A stretch of DNA of 64,000 bases from Alphaproteobacteria bacterium (lineage in GTDB: Bacteria > Pseudomonadota > Alphaproteobacteria > SP197), in the NCBI GenBank assembly GCA_965228895.1, contig OZ245842.1:3520001-3584000 (forward strand), read 5' to 3'. Each line of letters begins with the position of its first letter. Within the stretch, counting starts at the first letter, position 1. The position numbers and the translations under genes are program-made. Of the stretch, positions 38,904 through 47,490 are shown piece after piece. The notes beneath the pieces are model-generated. The model saw only the letters and a list, made by a program, of their open reading frames with translations. It did no database searches and was not told where the DNA came from.

Positions 38904-40043
38904 ATGGAGGCTGCCGTGATGAGGATGGAACTCTCAGAATTTAAAGACCGACTCGCGTCGGGTTCGCTGACACGCCGCGAGATCAGCAAGATCCTGGCTT
39001 CGGTCGGTCTGGTGACGGTGTCGATGCCGGTGATCAAAAACGCCGCCCACGCGGCACCGACGATCCAGGTGTTCACCTGGTCGGGTTATGACGTGCCGGA
39101 GATGCACGGCGCCTATACCGAAGCCTACGGCGCCTCGCCGGAATTCCTGTTCTACGCCGACAACGACGAGGCGATCGAGAAGGTGCGCGCCGGTTACGCG
39201 CCCACCCTGGTGCAGCCGACCAGCTATATGATCGGCCGCTGGCGCGATGCTGGCTTGCTTGTGCCGATCGACACCTCAAGGCTCTCTTATTATCCCGACG
39301 TCTTCCCTCAGCTCACCGGCATCGGCGCGTTGAGTCATGACGGTCAGACCTATGGCGTACCGTTGGCCTGGGGCAACAGCTCGGTCCTGTTCCGCAAGGA
39401 TCTGGCGCCGGAATATGTCGACAATCCGACCTGGGAGATCCTTTGGGATCCGAAATATGCCGGCCGCCTCGCGCAGCGCGACTCGATGGATGCCGGCGTT
39501 CTTGAAGCCGCGCTGATCCTGGGCATCGAGGATCCCTACAACATGTCGGATGCGGACCTCGAACGTGTCCGCGAGAAGCTGGTCGAGCAGCGCCCGCTGC
39601 TTCGTTACTACTGGAACAGCCAGGCCGATGTTGAGCAGGCGCTCGCGTCGGGCGAGATCGTCGCCGCCTATGCCTGGAACGACGCCTACGCGTCCTTGAA
39701 GCGCGAAGGCCATGACGTCGGTTACATGATTCCGAAGGAAGGCATCCTGACCTGGGTCGACACGACGTGCATGATCAAAGACGGTCCAGGCGACGAGGCC
39801 GAGGCCTATGACTTCATGAACGCACTGATCTCGCCGGAGACCGGTGTCTTCCTGATCGAGGAGTACGGCTACGGTTCGGCCAACGCCAAGTCCTTCCCGC
39901 TCGCCAACCAGGAACTCCTGATCGAGCTCGGCATCGAAGATCCCGACAAGGTTCTGGAACTCGGCGAGTTCTTCGACGAGTGGAACCCGCAGGTACGCGA
40001 AAAGGCGAACATCATGTTCGAAGAGGTGAAGGCCGGCTTCTAA
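38904..40043 (+). CDS. PotD/PotF-type extracellular solute-binding protein with Tat-like signal
   Basis: SLTRRE..K N-terminus, FTWSGYD, YGVPLAWG, PKEG..TWVD. Confidence 0.85.
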   Translation: MEAAVMRMELSEFKDRLASGSLTRREISKILASVGLVTVSMPVIKNAAHAAPTIQVFTWSGYDVPEMHGAYTEAYGASPEFLFYADNDEAIEKVRAGYAPTLVQPTSYMIGRWRDAGLLVPIDTSRLSYYPDVFPQLTGIGALSHDGQTYGVPLAWGNSSVLFRKDLAPEYVDNPTWEILWDPKYAGRLAQRDSMDAGVLEAALILGIEDPYNMSDADLERVREKLVEQRPLLRYYWNSQADVEQALASGEIVAAYAWNDAYASLKREGHDVGYMIPKEGILTWVDTTCMIKDGPGDEAEAYDFMNALISPETGVFLIEEYGYGSANAKSFPLANQELLIELGIEDPDKVLELGEFFDEWNPQVREKANIMFEEVKAGF

Positions 40044-40076
40044 CTCGCCGGCCAACCCTTCGTTCAACGCCCGCAA

Positions 40077-40114
40077 GACCCCGCGGCCGAAATGGTCGCG
40101 GGGTCGTTCTTTTT
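40077..40114 (+). terminator. Rho-independent terminator
   Basis: GACCCCGCGGCC-gaaat-GGTCGCGGGGTC followed by GTTCTTTTT. Confidence 0.75.
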
Positions 40115-40185
40115 CGGATGCGCCCGTGTGCGCGAACCTGCTATCAGGCGCGGCCATTTGCGGCTTAGCTTCAGGAACAACGCCC

Positions 40186-42099
40186 ATGACCGGACACCGT
40201 CTCGACCCTCTGTTGACGCCGCGCTCGATCGCGCTGGTCGGCGCCTCCGACCGGACCGGCACGGTCGGCCATGGCATGGTCGCCGGCCTCAAGGACGCCG
40301 GCTTCTCCGGCCCGCTCTATGCGGTCAACCCGAAGTATGACGCGGTCCAGGGCGTCCCCTGCTTTGCGTCCCTGACCGACCTGCCGGAGCCCGTCGACCT
40401 GGCGGTGCTCGGCGTCAACTCGATCCGCATTGAACAGCAGATGGCCGACGCCATCGCGCTCGGCGCACGCGCGTGCGCGATCTTCGATAGCTGTTATCTG
40501 GACGACGAGACCGATCGCGGCCTCCTGAGGCGCCTGCGCGCGATGGCGCGCGAGGCCGACATGCCGGTCTGCGGCGGCAACGGCATGGGTTACCTCAACA
40601 TGGAGGCCTGGCTGCCCGTGACGATCTATAACGCCGTGCCGAAGATGAAGCGCGGCGGCAACGTCACCTTCATCACCCATTCGGGCACGGTGTTTTCAGA
40701 GATCGGCCTCAACGACCCGCGTTACGCCTGCAACCTCATCGTCTCGTGTGGCCAAGAGATCAACGGCACCATGGCCGACTACATCGATTATGCACTCGGC
40801 CTTTCGTCGACGCGCGTCATCGCGCTTTTCATGGAGGCCGCGCGCGATCCCGGCGCCTTGACGGCCGCGCTCGACAAGGCGCGCAAGCAAGGCGTGCCCG
40901 TCGTTGCTATGAAGGTCGGGCGCACCGACCTTGCCGCCGACTATGCTCTCGTCCATTCAGGCGCCATCACCGGCGACGACGCGGTCTACCAGGCCGTGTT
41001 CGACCGCTACGGCGTGCTGCGCGTCGACACCATGGATGACATGGCGAACCTCCTGACTTTGCTGTCGAACCCACGCGATGTCGCCGACGGCGGTCTTGCC
41101 GCCGTGCTCGATTCCGGTGGCGAACGCGAGATGCTGGTCGATCTTGCGGATACAGTGGGCACGCCGTTGACCACGCTGTCGCCGGCCACCTGCGAAGCGC
41201 TGCGCCCGCGCCTGCATCACTCGCTCGAACCGGTCAACCCTTTGGACGCCTGGGGCACCGCCGACAACTACGAAGAAGACTTCGAAGAGTACCTGGCGGT
41301 GATGGCGGGCGACCCCGGCACCGCGATGGTCGTCTTCTGCGGCGACATGACATGGAGCCCGAACGTCAAGGAGGGTTACCCCAAGGCCCTGGTCGAGGCG
41401 ACAAAGCGCACCGACAAACCGGTCGGCGTGCTCATCAACATGCCGACATCCGGTTTCATGGAGGTCGGTCTGGAGATGGCCGAGGCGGGCCTCGTGGTGT
41501 TGTCCGGCACGAAATCGGGCCTGACCGCCTTGCGCCATGCCATGACCTGGCGCGACCGTGACAGCCACACGCATGACGCCGGCCTCGAGGCGGCCGATCC
41601 GGCTATCCTAGAACGGTGGCGCGAGAAGCTCGCCTCGGGCGCGCGACCCAGCAACGAAGACGCCCTCGCTCTTCTGGCCGATTTCGGTGTCGCGGCATTG
41701 GCTGGTGCGACGCCTGCCGGCGATCATCCGCCGCTCACCTTTTCGATGATCCGCGATGATCAGTTCGGCCCGGTTGTGACGCTCGCCTTTGACGGCGCGT
41801 TGGGTCGCGCGACAAACGACACGCGCCATGCCCTGCCGTCGCTTGGTCCTGACGCCGCGCGGCGCCTGATCGCGAGCCTTTGCCTGCACCGCCTGCTAAG
41901 TGCCGCCGATGGCCAGCCGGACGGACCGGTGGGCGCTTTGGCCCGGGCATTCTCCGCCTTCTCCGCGGTTGTCGCGGCTCTCGGCGAAAGCCTGAATGGT
42001 CTCGATGCCCATGGGATCATTGCCACACCCAATGGCTGCACGGTCGACAACGCCAACCTTGGCCTTCGTCAATCCGGCGAAGCGTCTGAATCCGCGTGA
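40186..42099 (+). CDS. Acetate--CoA ligase (ADP-forming) family / CoA-binding protein
   Basis: PRSIALVGAS, YAVNPKY, GGNGMG, MKVGR...HSGAITG, NPLDAWG; C-terminal ATP-grasp part appears shortened. Confidence 0.85.
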   Translation: MTGHRLDPLLTPRSIALVGASDRTGTVGHGMVAGLKDAGFSGPLYAVNPKYDAVQGVPCFASLTDLPEPVDLAVLGVNSIRIEQQMADAIALGARACAIFDSCYLDDETDRGLLRRLRAMAREADMPVCGGNGMGYLNMEAWLPVTIYNAVPKMKRGGNVTFITHSGTVFSEIGLNDPRYACNLIVSCGQEINGTMADYIDYALGLSSTRVIALFMEAARDPGALTAALDKARKQGVPVVAMKVGRTDLAADYALVHSGAITGDDAVYQAVFDRYGVLRVDTMDDMANLLTLLSNPRDVADGGLAAVLDSGGEREMLVDLADTVGTPLTTLSPATCEALRPRLHHSLEPVNPLDAWGTADNYEEDFEEYLAVMAGDPGTAMVVFCGDMTWSPNVKEGYPKALVEATKRTDKPVGVLINMPTSGFMEVGLEMAEAGLVVLSGTKSGLTALRHAMTWRDRDSHTHDAGLEAADPAILERWREKLASGARPSNEDALALLADFGVAALAGATPAGDHPPLTFSMIRDDQFGPVVTLAFDGALGRATNDTRHALPSLGPDAARRLIASLCLHRLLSAADGQPDGPVGALARAFSAFSAVVAALGESLNGLDAHGIIATPNGCTVDNANLGLRQSGEASESA

Positions 42100-42154
42100 T
42101 TTATGCGTTTCCCGGCCTGCTTGTGGTGGGGTCAAACATCACTAGAATAAATCC

Positions 42155-42231
42155 GGGGTCGGGGCGCGTTCCGATAACCTACACGCGAAGCCGCAGACAA
42201 CTCCGCGAAGGAGGTTGCGTGTCCCGGCCCT
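42155..42231 (+). ncRNA. Candidate small structured RNA (family not recognised)
   Basis: Closing stem GGGGTCGGGGCGCG / CGTGTCCCGGCCCT, internal CAACTCC-gcgaa-GGAgGTTG hairpin, preceded by TTGTGG-16nt-TAGAAT. Confidence 0.45.
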
Positions 42232-42471
42232 AAGCACGTGCATGACGCTCGTGTGAGGGCCGACACTGGCAAAGCACCCGCATCCATCGCATGTATAGGG
42301 CCAGACGTTCTAGAGCAGATCCTGTTTTGATGGAATCGCTTCGCGATGACATCAAGACGGGTGAATCTGCTCTACTCATAGATGGAGAGCGGATTCACAT
42401 GGATAGGTGGAACCGTCAAACGGTTCCACCTATCCATGATCCGCTCCAGGATGGACTGCCGGGACCGACCG

Positions 42472-43380
42472 ATGACCCGAACAGCACGATACGTCACGCG
42501 CGCCCTGTGCGCTCTTTTGCTTTTCGTTTTCACAACGCCCCTGGCGCTGGCCGAACCAAACTTCGACCGCGGCCTTTTGTGGCGCGTCGAACGTGAGGGC
42601 CTGCCGCCCAGCTTCGTCTTCGGCACCGTTCACGTCACCGACGAACGGGTGCTGCAGGTGCCCAAGCCGGTCACCGGCGCACTGGCGCAAAGCAAGACGG
42701 CTGTCTTCGAGCTGATCGTGACACCGGAGCTGCAGGCCGAACTGGCCGGCGCCATGATGTTCACCGACGGGACGTCGCTCAAACAGCTCACCGGCGAGGA
42801 ACTGTTCGCCACGACCAGCGACGTCGCGGCGTCTTATGGTCTGGTTCCCTCGGTCTTGAACTTGATCAAACCATGGGCACTCATCGCCATGTTCAGTGCG
42901 CCGCCGGAGGAGACCCAGCGTCAGGCGCTCGGCCATCCCATGCTCGACGCGTGGCTGCAGGACGAAGCGCGGCGACAGAACAAGAAGCTCTTGGCGCTGG
43001 AAGAACCGGACGAACAGATCGCCGCGCTCGAAGGCCTTGAGCTTGAGCACCAGCTCGAACTGCTGCGCGCGACCGTCGAGAACAAACCAGACGTCGACCG
43101 CATGTTCGCCGACACGCTCGACCTCTATCTCGACCGAGACCTCGCCGGCCTGCAGCGCCTGACCGAGGACGAGACGGCGGCAGGCGTGGGTCGCGAGGTG
43201 CTCGACGACTTCAACCAGAACCTGATCGTCGACCGCAACGACACCATGGCCGAGCGCCTGTTGCCGCTGATGAAGGAAGGCGGCGTCTTCGTCGCCGTCG
43301 GCGCGCTGCACCTGCCCGGCGACAACGGCCTCTTGAACCAGCTGTCCGACGCCGGCTACGAGGTTACTGTCGTCTACTAG
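42472..43380 (+). CDS. TraB/GumN family protein
   Basis: Signal peptide, LLWRVE...PSFVFGTVH, LEEPDEQ, RN..MAER, FVAVGALHLPG..GLL..L...GY.V. Confidence 0.9.
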   Translation: MTRTARYVTRALCALLLFVFTTPLALAEPNFDRGLLWRVEREGLPPSFVFGTVHVTDERVLQVPKPVTGALAQSKTAVFELIVTPELQAELAGAMMFTDGTSLKQLTGEELFATTSDVAASYGLVPSVLNLIKPWALIAMFSAPPEETQRQALGHPMLDAWLQDEARRQNKKLLALEEPDEQIAALEGLELEHQLELLRATVENKPDVDRMFADTLDLYLDRDLAGLQRLTEDETAAGVGREVLDDFNQNLIVDRNDTMAERLLPLMKEGGVFVAVGALHLPGDNGLLNQLSDAGYEVTVVY

Positions 43381-43458
43381 GCCCAGTCCTCATAAACTCG
43401 ACATCTCGGGCACATCCGTGCCGCGGGAACAACGTCGAACATGCGGGGGCAGCTTTCG

Positions 43459-44220
43459 ATGCCGAACAGAAAAGACCGGATACGCGCTCTGCTCAAAAGC
43501 ATCGAGACCGGTGACCCCGCGCCGATCGCCGTCGTCGATCAGGAACGATACATTCAGCACAACCCCCAGACACACGAGGGTAGCGAGGGGTTGGAGGTGT
43601 TGTTCGAGCACCTGTCGAAGACCTCGCCGCGCGTCAACATTGTGCGCGCATTCGAGGATGGGGACTTTGTCTTCGCCCACACCGAGTATGACTTCTCAAA
43701 GTCGAACATCGGTTTCGAAGTCTTTCGGTTTGACGGTGATCGCGCCGTCGAGCACTGGGATAACATCCAAAGACGGCAAGGTCCGAACCCATCGGGCCAT
43801 ACCATGGTCGATGGGCCGACCGAGGCAACGGACCCAACACTGACCGAAACGAACCGCCAGACCGTGCGCGCGTTTGTTGAGGACGTCTTGGTGGGCCGCC
43901 GGCTTGACGCGCTGGAAAGCTGCGTCGACGAAGCAAGCTTTACGCAACACAATCCGCGGATGGCCGATGGCCTGCCAGCTCTTCGCTCGGCTTTGGAAAG
44001 CCGATCAGGCAACGGCTTCGCGATCGCGTACGACCATATCCATCGCGTGCTCGCCGAGGGCAACTTCGTGCTTACGGTCTGCGAAGGATCCCTGAATGGC
44101 GTCCATTCCTCATTCTATGACCTCTTTCGTGTCGATGGCGGCAAGCTCGTCGAGCATTGGGACACGATCGAGACGATCCCGCCACGCAGCGCGTGGAAGA
44201 ACGACAACGGCAAGTTCTAA
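43459..44220 (+). CDS. Tandem SnoaL/NTF2-like domain protein
   Basis: Two YIQHNP/FTQHNP...EHWD repeats. Confidence 0.85.
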   Translation: MPNRKDRIRALLKSIETGDPAPIAVVDQERYIQHNPQTHEGSEGLEVLFEHLSKTSPRVNIVRAFEDGDFVFAHTEYDFSKSNIGFEVFRFDGDRAVEHWDNIQRRQGPNPSGHTMVDGPTEATDPTLTETNRQTVRAFVEDVLVGRRLDALESCVDEASFTQHNPRMADGLPALRSALESRSGNGFAIAYDHIHRVLAEGNFVLTVCEGSLNGVHSSFYDLFRVDGGKLVEHWDTIETIPPRSAWKNDNGKF

Positions 44221-44229
44221 GCGGCCGCC

Positions 44230-44442
44230 CTAATCGAATTCGTCCAGGTCCTCAGGCGTCGTTTCCATGGCCGGCCAACGCCAGAACGCCGCGACCCAGA
44301 ACAGCGCGATGTTGGCGATCGGCACATAGGCCAGAAGACCCCATAGCTGGGATCGGCCCATCTTCTTCAAGACCCAGAAGAACGGCAGGAAGACGACGAT
44401 CCACAGCATCAGTGTCCAATGGATCAACGAGAGCGAGCCCAT
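44230..44442 (-). CDS. Small membrane protein (pair 1, downstream gene)
   Basis: MGSLSLIHWTLMLWIVVFLPFFWVLKKMGRSQLWGLLAYVPIANIALFWVAAFWRWP; TGATG coupling to the upstream gene. Confidence 0.75.
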   Translation of the reverse strand: MGSLSLIHWTLMLWIVVFLPFFWVLKKMGRSQLWGLLAYVPIANIALFWVAAFWRWPAMETTPEDLDEFD

Positions 44443-44627
44443 CACGTTGCTCCCCGCCGCCACGGCCGTTTCGCCAGGAGCAAAAGCGCGATCGGCAGAC
44501 CGATGATCGGTATCAGCACGAACAGGCTGAACGCCCATGAGGCACCTGAACGCGAAAACATGATCGCGATCGGAATGCCGAACAGCACATAGGCACCGAC
44601 CATATGGACGATCAGAAATACAGACAT
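44442..44627 (-). CDS. Small membrane protein (pair 1, upstream gene)
   Basis: 61 aa, GIPIAIMFSRSGASWAFSLFVLIPIIGLPIA...WR; GAGGTGAGG SD. Confidence 0.7.
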   Translation of the reverse strand: MSVFLIVHMVGAYVLFGIPIAIMFSRSGASWAFSLFVLIPIIGLPIALLLLAKRPWRRGAT

Positions 44628-44723
44628 CGCCTCACCTCTGTTGCGAATGAAAGTGTCGCGTCGATGCCGCGCGCCTGTCCAGCCGGGTTGACAAGTCGAA
44701 CCTCAGTATATAACTAGTTAGTT

Positions 44724-45095
44724 ATGGAACTGACTCGTTATGAACAAACACCGGCGAACCTGGACGCCGTGTTCTCCGCGCTGGCCGACCCGACACGGCG
44801 CGCCATCTTGTCGCGCCTTGCCGACGGTCAAGCCTCGGTCAACGAGATCGCCTCGCCGTTCTCCATGAGCCAGCCCGCGGTGTCGCGCCACCTGAAGGTC
44901 TTAGAACGGGCCGGCTTGATCGAGCGCGACATCGACCAGCAGCGCCGCCCCGCCCGGCTCAAAGCCGAAACGATGGCGGACGCCGTCGCGTGGTTGGAGC
45001 GTTTCCGGGCGTTCTGGGGCGACAGCTTCAACCAGCTCGACGATCTTCTCACCGACATGAAACTCACCAATCAGAAAGAAACAGACAATGCCTGA
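44724..45095 (+). CDS. ArsR/SmtB-family regulator
   Basis: LDAVFSALADPTRRAILSRL...MSQPAVSRHLKVLERAGLI; ATAAC-N6-GTTAT palindrome overlaps the start. Confidence 0.92.
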   Translation: MELTRYEQTPANLDAVFSALADPTRRAILSRLADGQASVNEIASPFSMSQPAVSRHLKVLERAGLIERDIDQQRRPARLKAETMADAVAWLERFRAFWGDSFNQLDDLLTDMKLTNQKETDNA

Positions 45096-45591
45096 CACAC
45101 CCGAACACACCCTCGACCGGATCTTCGACGCGCCCCGCGCCACGGTCTGGCGCGCCTGGACCGAGCCTGAGCTCTTGGCGCGCTGGTACGGTCCGGGCGT
45201 CGAGACGATCATTCACGGCTATGATCTGAAGCCCGGCGGCGCCTGGCTCAATGAGATGCGATGGGGCGACAAAGCCGATCGCAGCAAGATGGTGTTTCAG
45301 GAGGTCGTGCCGGAGGAAAGACTGGTCTGGCACCACTCCTCGACCGACGCCGACTGGAACATCATCACCAATCCGATGATGGCGGATTGGCCGCGCGTGC
45401 TGCTGACCACCGTGACGTTCGAGGATCAGGGCGGACAGACGAAGGTTCGGCTGACCATGGTGCCCCTTGACGCAACCGACGCCGAGATCGCCTGCTTTGT
45501 CGGCGCGGTGGCCGGCATGGATAAGGGCTGGGGCAGCGGCTACGTCATTCTCGACGAGATGCTTGCCGAGCTTAAGGCAGCAGCCTCCTAG
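45088..45591 (+). CDS. SRPBCC/AHSA1-domain protein
   Basis: RIFDAPRATVWRAWTEPELLARWYGP, EVVPEERLVW, GMDKGW. Confidence 0.9.
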   Translation: MPDTPEHTLDRIFDAPRATVWRAWTEPELLARWYGPGVETIIHGYDLKPGGAWLNEMRWGDKADRSKMVFQEVVPEERLVWHHSSTDADWNIITNPMMADWPRVLLTTVTFEDQGGQTKVRLTMVPLDATDAEIACFVGAVAGMDKGWGSGYVILDEMLAELKAAAS

Positions 45592-45683
45592 TCCCTACCG
45601 TCAAAACGAAAGCGACCGGCGCGCCAATTGAGCGCGCCGGTCGCGGTTTCCGCTCCGGGCCGGGCGCAGCGCCCGGACGGCAG

Positions 45684-45911
45684 CTAGTCGAACTCGGCCA
45701 TGCTGTACCGGTAACCGTCGACAGACGGCCAGCGCCAGAAGGCAAAGACCCAGTACATCACAACGTTGACGAGCGGCACGAACAGAAGGACGCCCCACCA
45801 CGGTGTCCGGCCCATCTTCTTCAAGACCCAGAAGAAGGGCAGGATCGGCAGCACAATAAGGATCAACGCCACAACGATGATCATGCCGCCGGCCATCTCG
45901 TCCGGACTCAT
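45684..45911 (-). CDS. Small membrane protein (pair 2, downstream gene)
   Basis: LPFFWVLKKMGRTPWWGVLLFVPLVNVVMYWVFAFWRWP...EFD, paralog of 44230..44442; ATGA coupling. Confidence 0.75.
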   Translation of the reverse strand: MSPDEMAGGMIIVVALILIVLPILPFFWVLKKMGRTPWWGVLLFVPLVNVVMYWVFAFWRWPSVDGYRYSMAEFD

Positions 45912-46093
45912 GCTCGCCTCGCACGCGGTTGCCAGTCGGACGCCGCCAAGATCACGGCGGCAATCGGTAAACCGATGTAAGGAATCAGAACCAACAGGCT
46001 CCAAGCCCATGTCTTGCCAATGCGGTTAAACATCACGGCAACGGGTATGCCGATCAGCATGTAGCCGACAATGGACATGATGACAGTTTCCAT
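45908..46093 (-). CDS. Small membrane protein (pair 2, upstream gene)
   Basis: GIPVAVMFNRIGKTWAWSLLVLIPYIGLPIA, paralog of 44442..44627. Confidence 0.7.
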   Translation of the reverse strand: METVIMSIVGYMLIGIPVAVMFNRIGKTWAWSLLVLIPYIGLPIAAVILAASDWQPRARRA

Positions 46094-46266
46094 AATTATC
46101 CCCAATCACCCTCGGAAGCCGAATTATCGCGGCTGAACGGCGAAACTGTCGTGTGACGCCCACTACACCCGTGCTTTTTGGGCGTTTTGGCGCCAAGTTG
46201 GGTCGACAGACCCGTATTAGGCCCTCACGATGCCTGTTTGCAGCTGTTTCTGGAGGAATCGACGCC

Positions 46267-46608
46267 ATGGCCAAGGACCAACGCTCCATCGTTAACCTTT
46301 ATGACGCCACCTATGGCCCCTACGACATGGAAGGCCCGGTGCAGAAAGACATGAGCGTGTTGCTCGGCAGCTACAACAACGAAAGCCAACGCGGGATCTA
46401 CGTCATCCGCATGGAGCCGGGTGCGGAAACCATCGCCCATACCCACGGCTGCACCGAAGAGTTCTTGATCCTGGAAGGCGAGCTGATCGAGAGCGACGGC
46501 ACCGTCCTGAAGCACGGCGACCTCGTCACCTATGCGCCCGGCAGCCACCACAACTCGCGCACCGAAACCGGTTGCCTTTTGATCGGCTTCGACTGGGATC
46601 GGCCCTAA
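46267..46608 (+). CDS. Cupin domain protein (ChrR-like)
   Basis: RMEPG....H.H...EEFLILEG...GD.V.Y.PGSHH; GGAGG SD. Confidence 0.85.
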   Translation: MAKDQRSIVNLYDATYGPYDMEGPVQKDMSVLLGSYNNESQRGIYVIRMEPGAETIAHTHGCTEEFLILEGELIESDGTVLKHGDLVTYAPGSHHNSRTETGCLLIGFDWDRP

Positions 46609-47357
46609 ATTACGATCGGTACCAGCAGGCAGAGATAACAGGAGAGCGCCAGAGCCGGCCCGAACGGGAAGACCCGGCCGCGGCCCGTGCCGCGCCATAT
46701 CAGCGCCAGGACGACGCCGGCCAGGCCGCCCAGGACCAGAAAAGCCGGAACCAGCGGCAGACCCAACCATAAGCCCGCTACCGCCATCAACTTGACGTCG
46801 CCCAGGCCCAGGCCCTCGCGGCCCCGGATGCGGCGGTAGAGCCAACGCAACGCCATGCCGGCGGAACCCAGAATGAGCGCCGCGGCAAGGCCCAGGGCGC
46901 CGGCGCCAATCGGATCGCCAAGCGCCATCCACCAGCCTGGCGCCAGCACTGCCGCCGCAATCTGCAGCGGGTCCGGCAGATAGCCGTGCTCCAGGTCGAT
47001 CACCGCCATCATGATCATGATCAGGCCGAGTGCGGCCAGCATGGGGAACGCCGGCACGAAACCATAAGTGAGCCATGCCGCCAGGAACGCGACGGCGGTC
47101 GTGACCTCGATCGCCACATAGCGCACGCCGATCGCGGCACCACAGTGGCGACAGCGCCCGTGGGATAAAATCCAGGACAAAACCGGAACAAGATCGCGGG
47201 CGGTGAGCGCCGTCGCGCAGGCTGGGCACCGTGAACGCTGTTCACGGAAGCTCTCGCCGCGCGGCATCCGGTGGGTCAACATGGTTGCGAAACTGCCAAA
47301 AACTAGCCCTAATAGGGTAACCACTACCCCTTCCGAGAGCGTCCCGAGCACTGTCAT
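46605..47357 (-). CDS. pilD: Prepilin peptidase (A24)
   Basis: GLVFGSF, RSRCPAC, GRCRHC, IDLEH..LPD, GLGLGDVKL, FPFGPAL. Confidence 0.92.
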   Translation of the reverse strand: MTVLGTLSEGVVVTLLGLVFGSFATMLTHRMPRGESFREQRSRCPACATALTARDLVPVLSWILSHGRCRHCGAAIGVRYVAIEVTTAVAFLAAWLTYGFVPAFPMLAALGLIMIMMAVIDLEHGYLPDPLQIAAAVLAPGWWMALGDPIGAGALGLAAALILGSAGMALRWLYRRIRGREGLGLGDVKLMAVAGLWLGLPLVPAFLVLGGLAGVVLALIWRGTGRGRVFPFGPALALSCYLCLLVPIVI

Positions 47358-47490
47358 CGGCCGGCGGCCCAGCGGGACGGCGTGGCGAAAATGCATCGCC
47401 TGATTGCAGAAAGATTCAAGATTCCCAACGGGTTGGTTCCAAATCCTTAAGTTCTAATGTATATGGAATCGGTAATGTACTGTTCTGGGG

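Noticed and set aside
42155-42290. tmRNA, 6S RNA or c-di-GMP/guanidine riboswitch
   Set aside because: Only short partial resemblances; no tRNA-like ends, proper tag peptide or full consensus. Kept as an unidentified RNA candidate.
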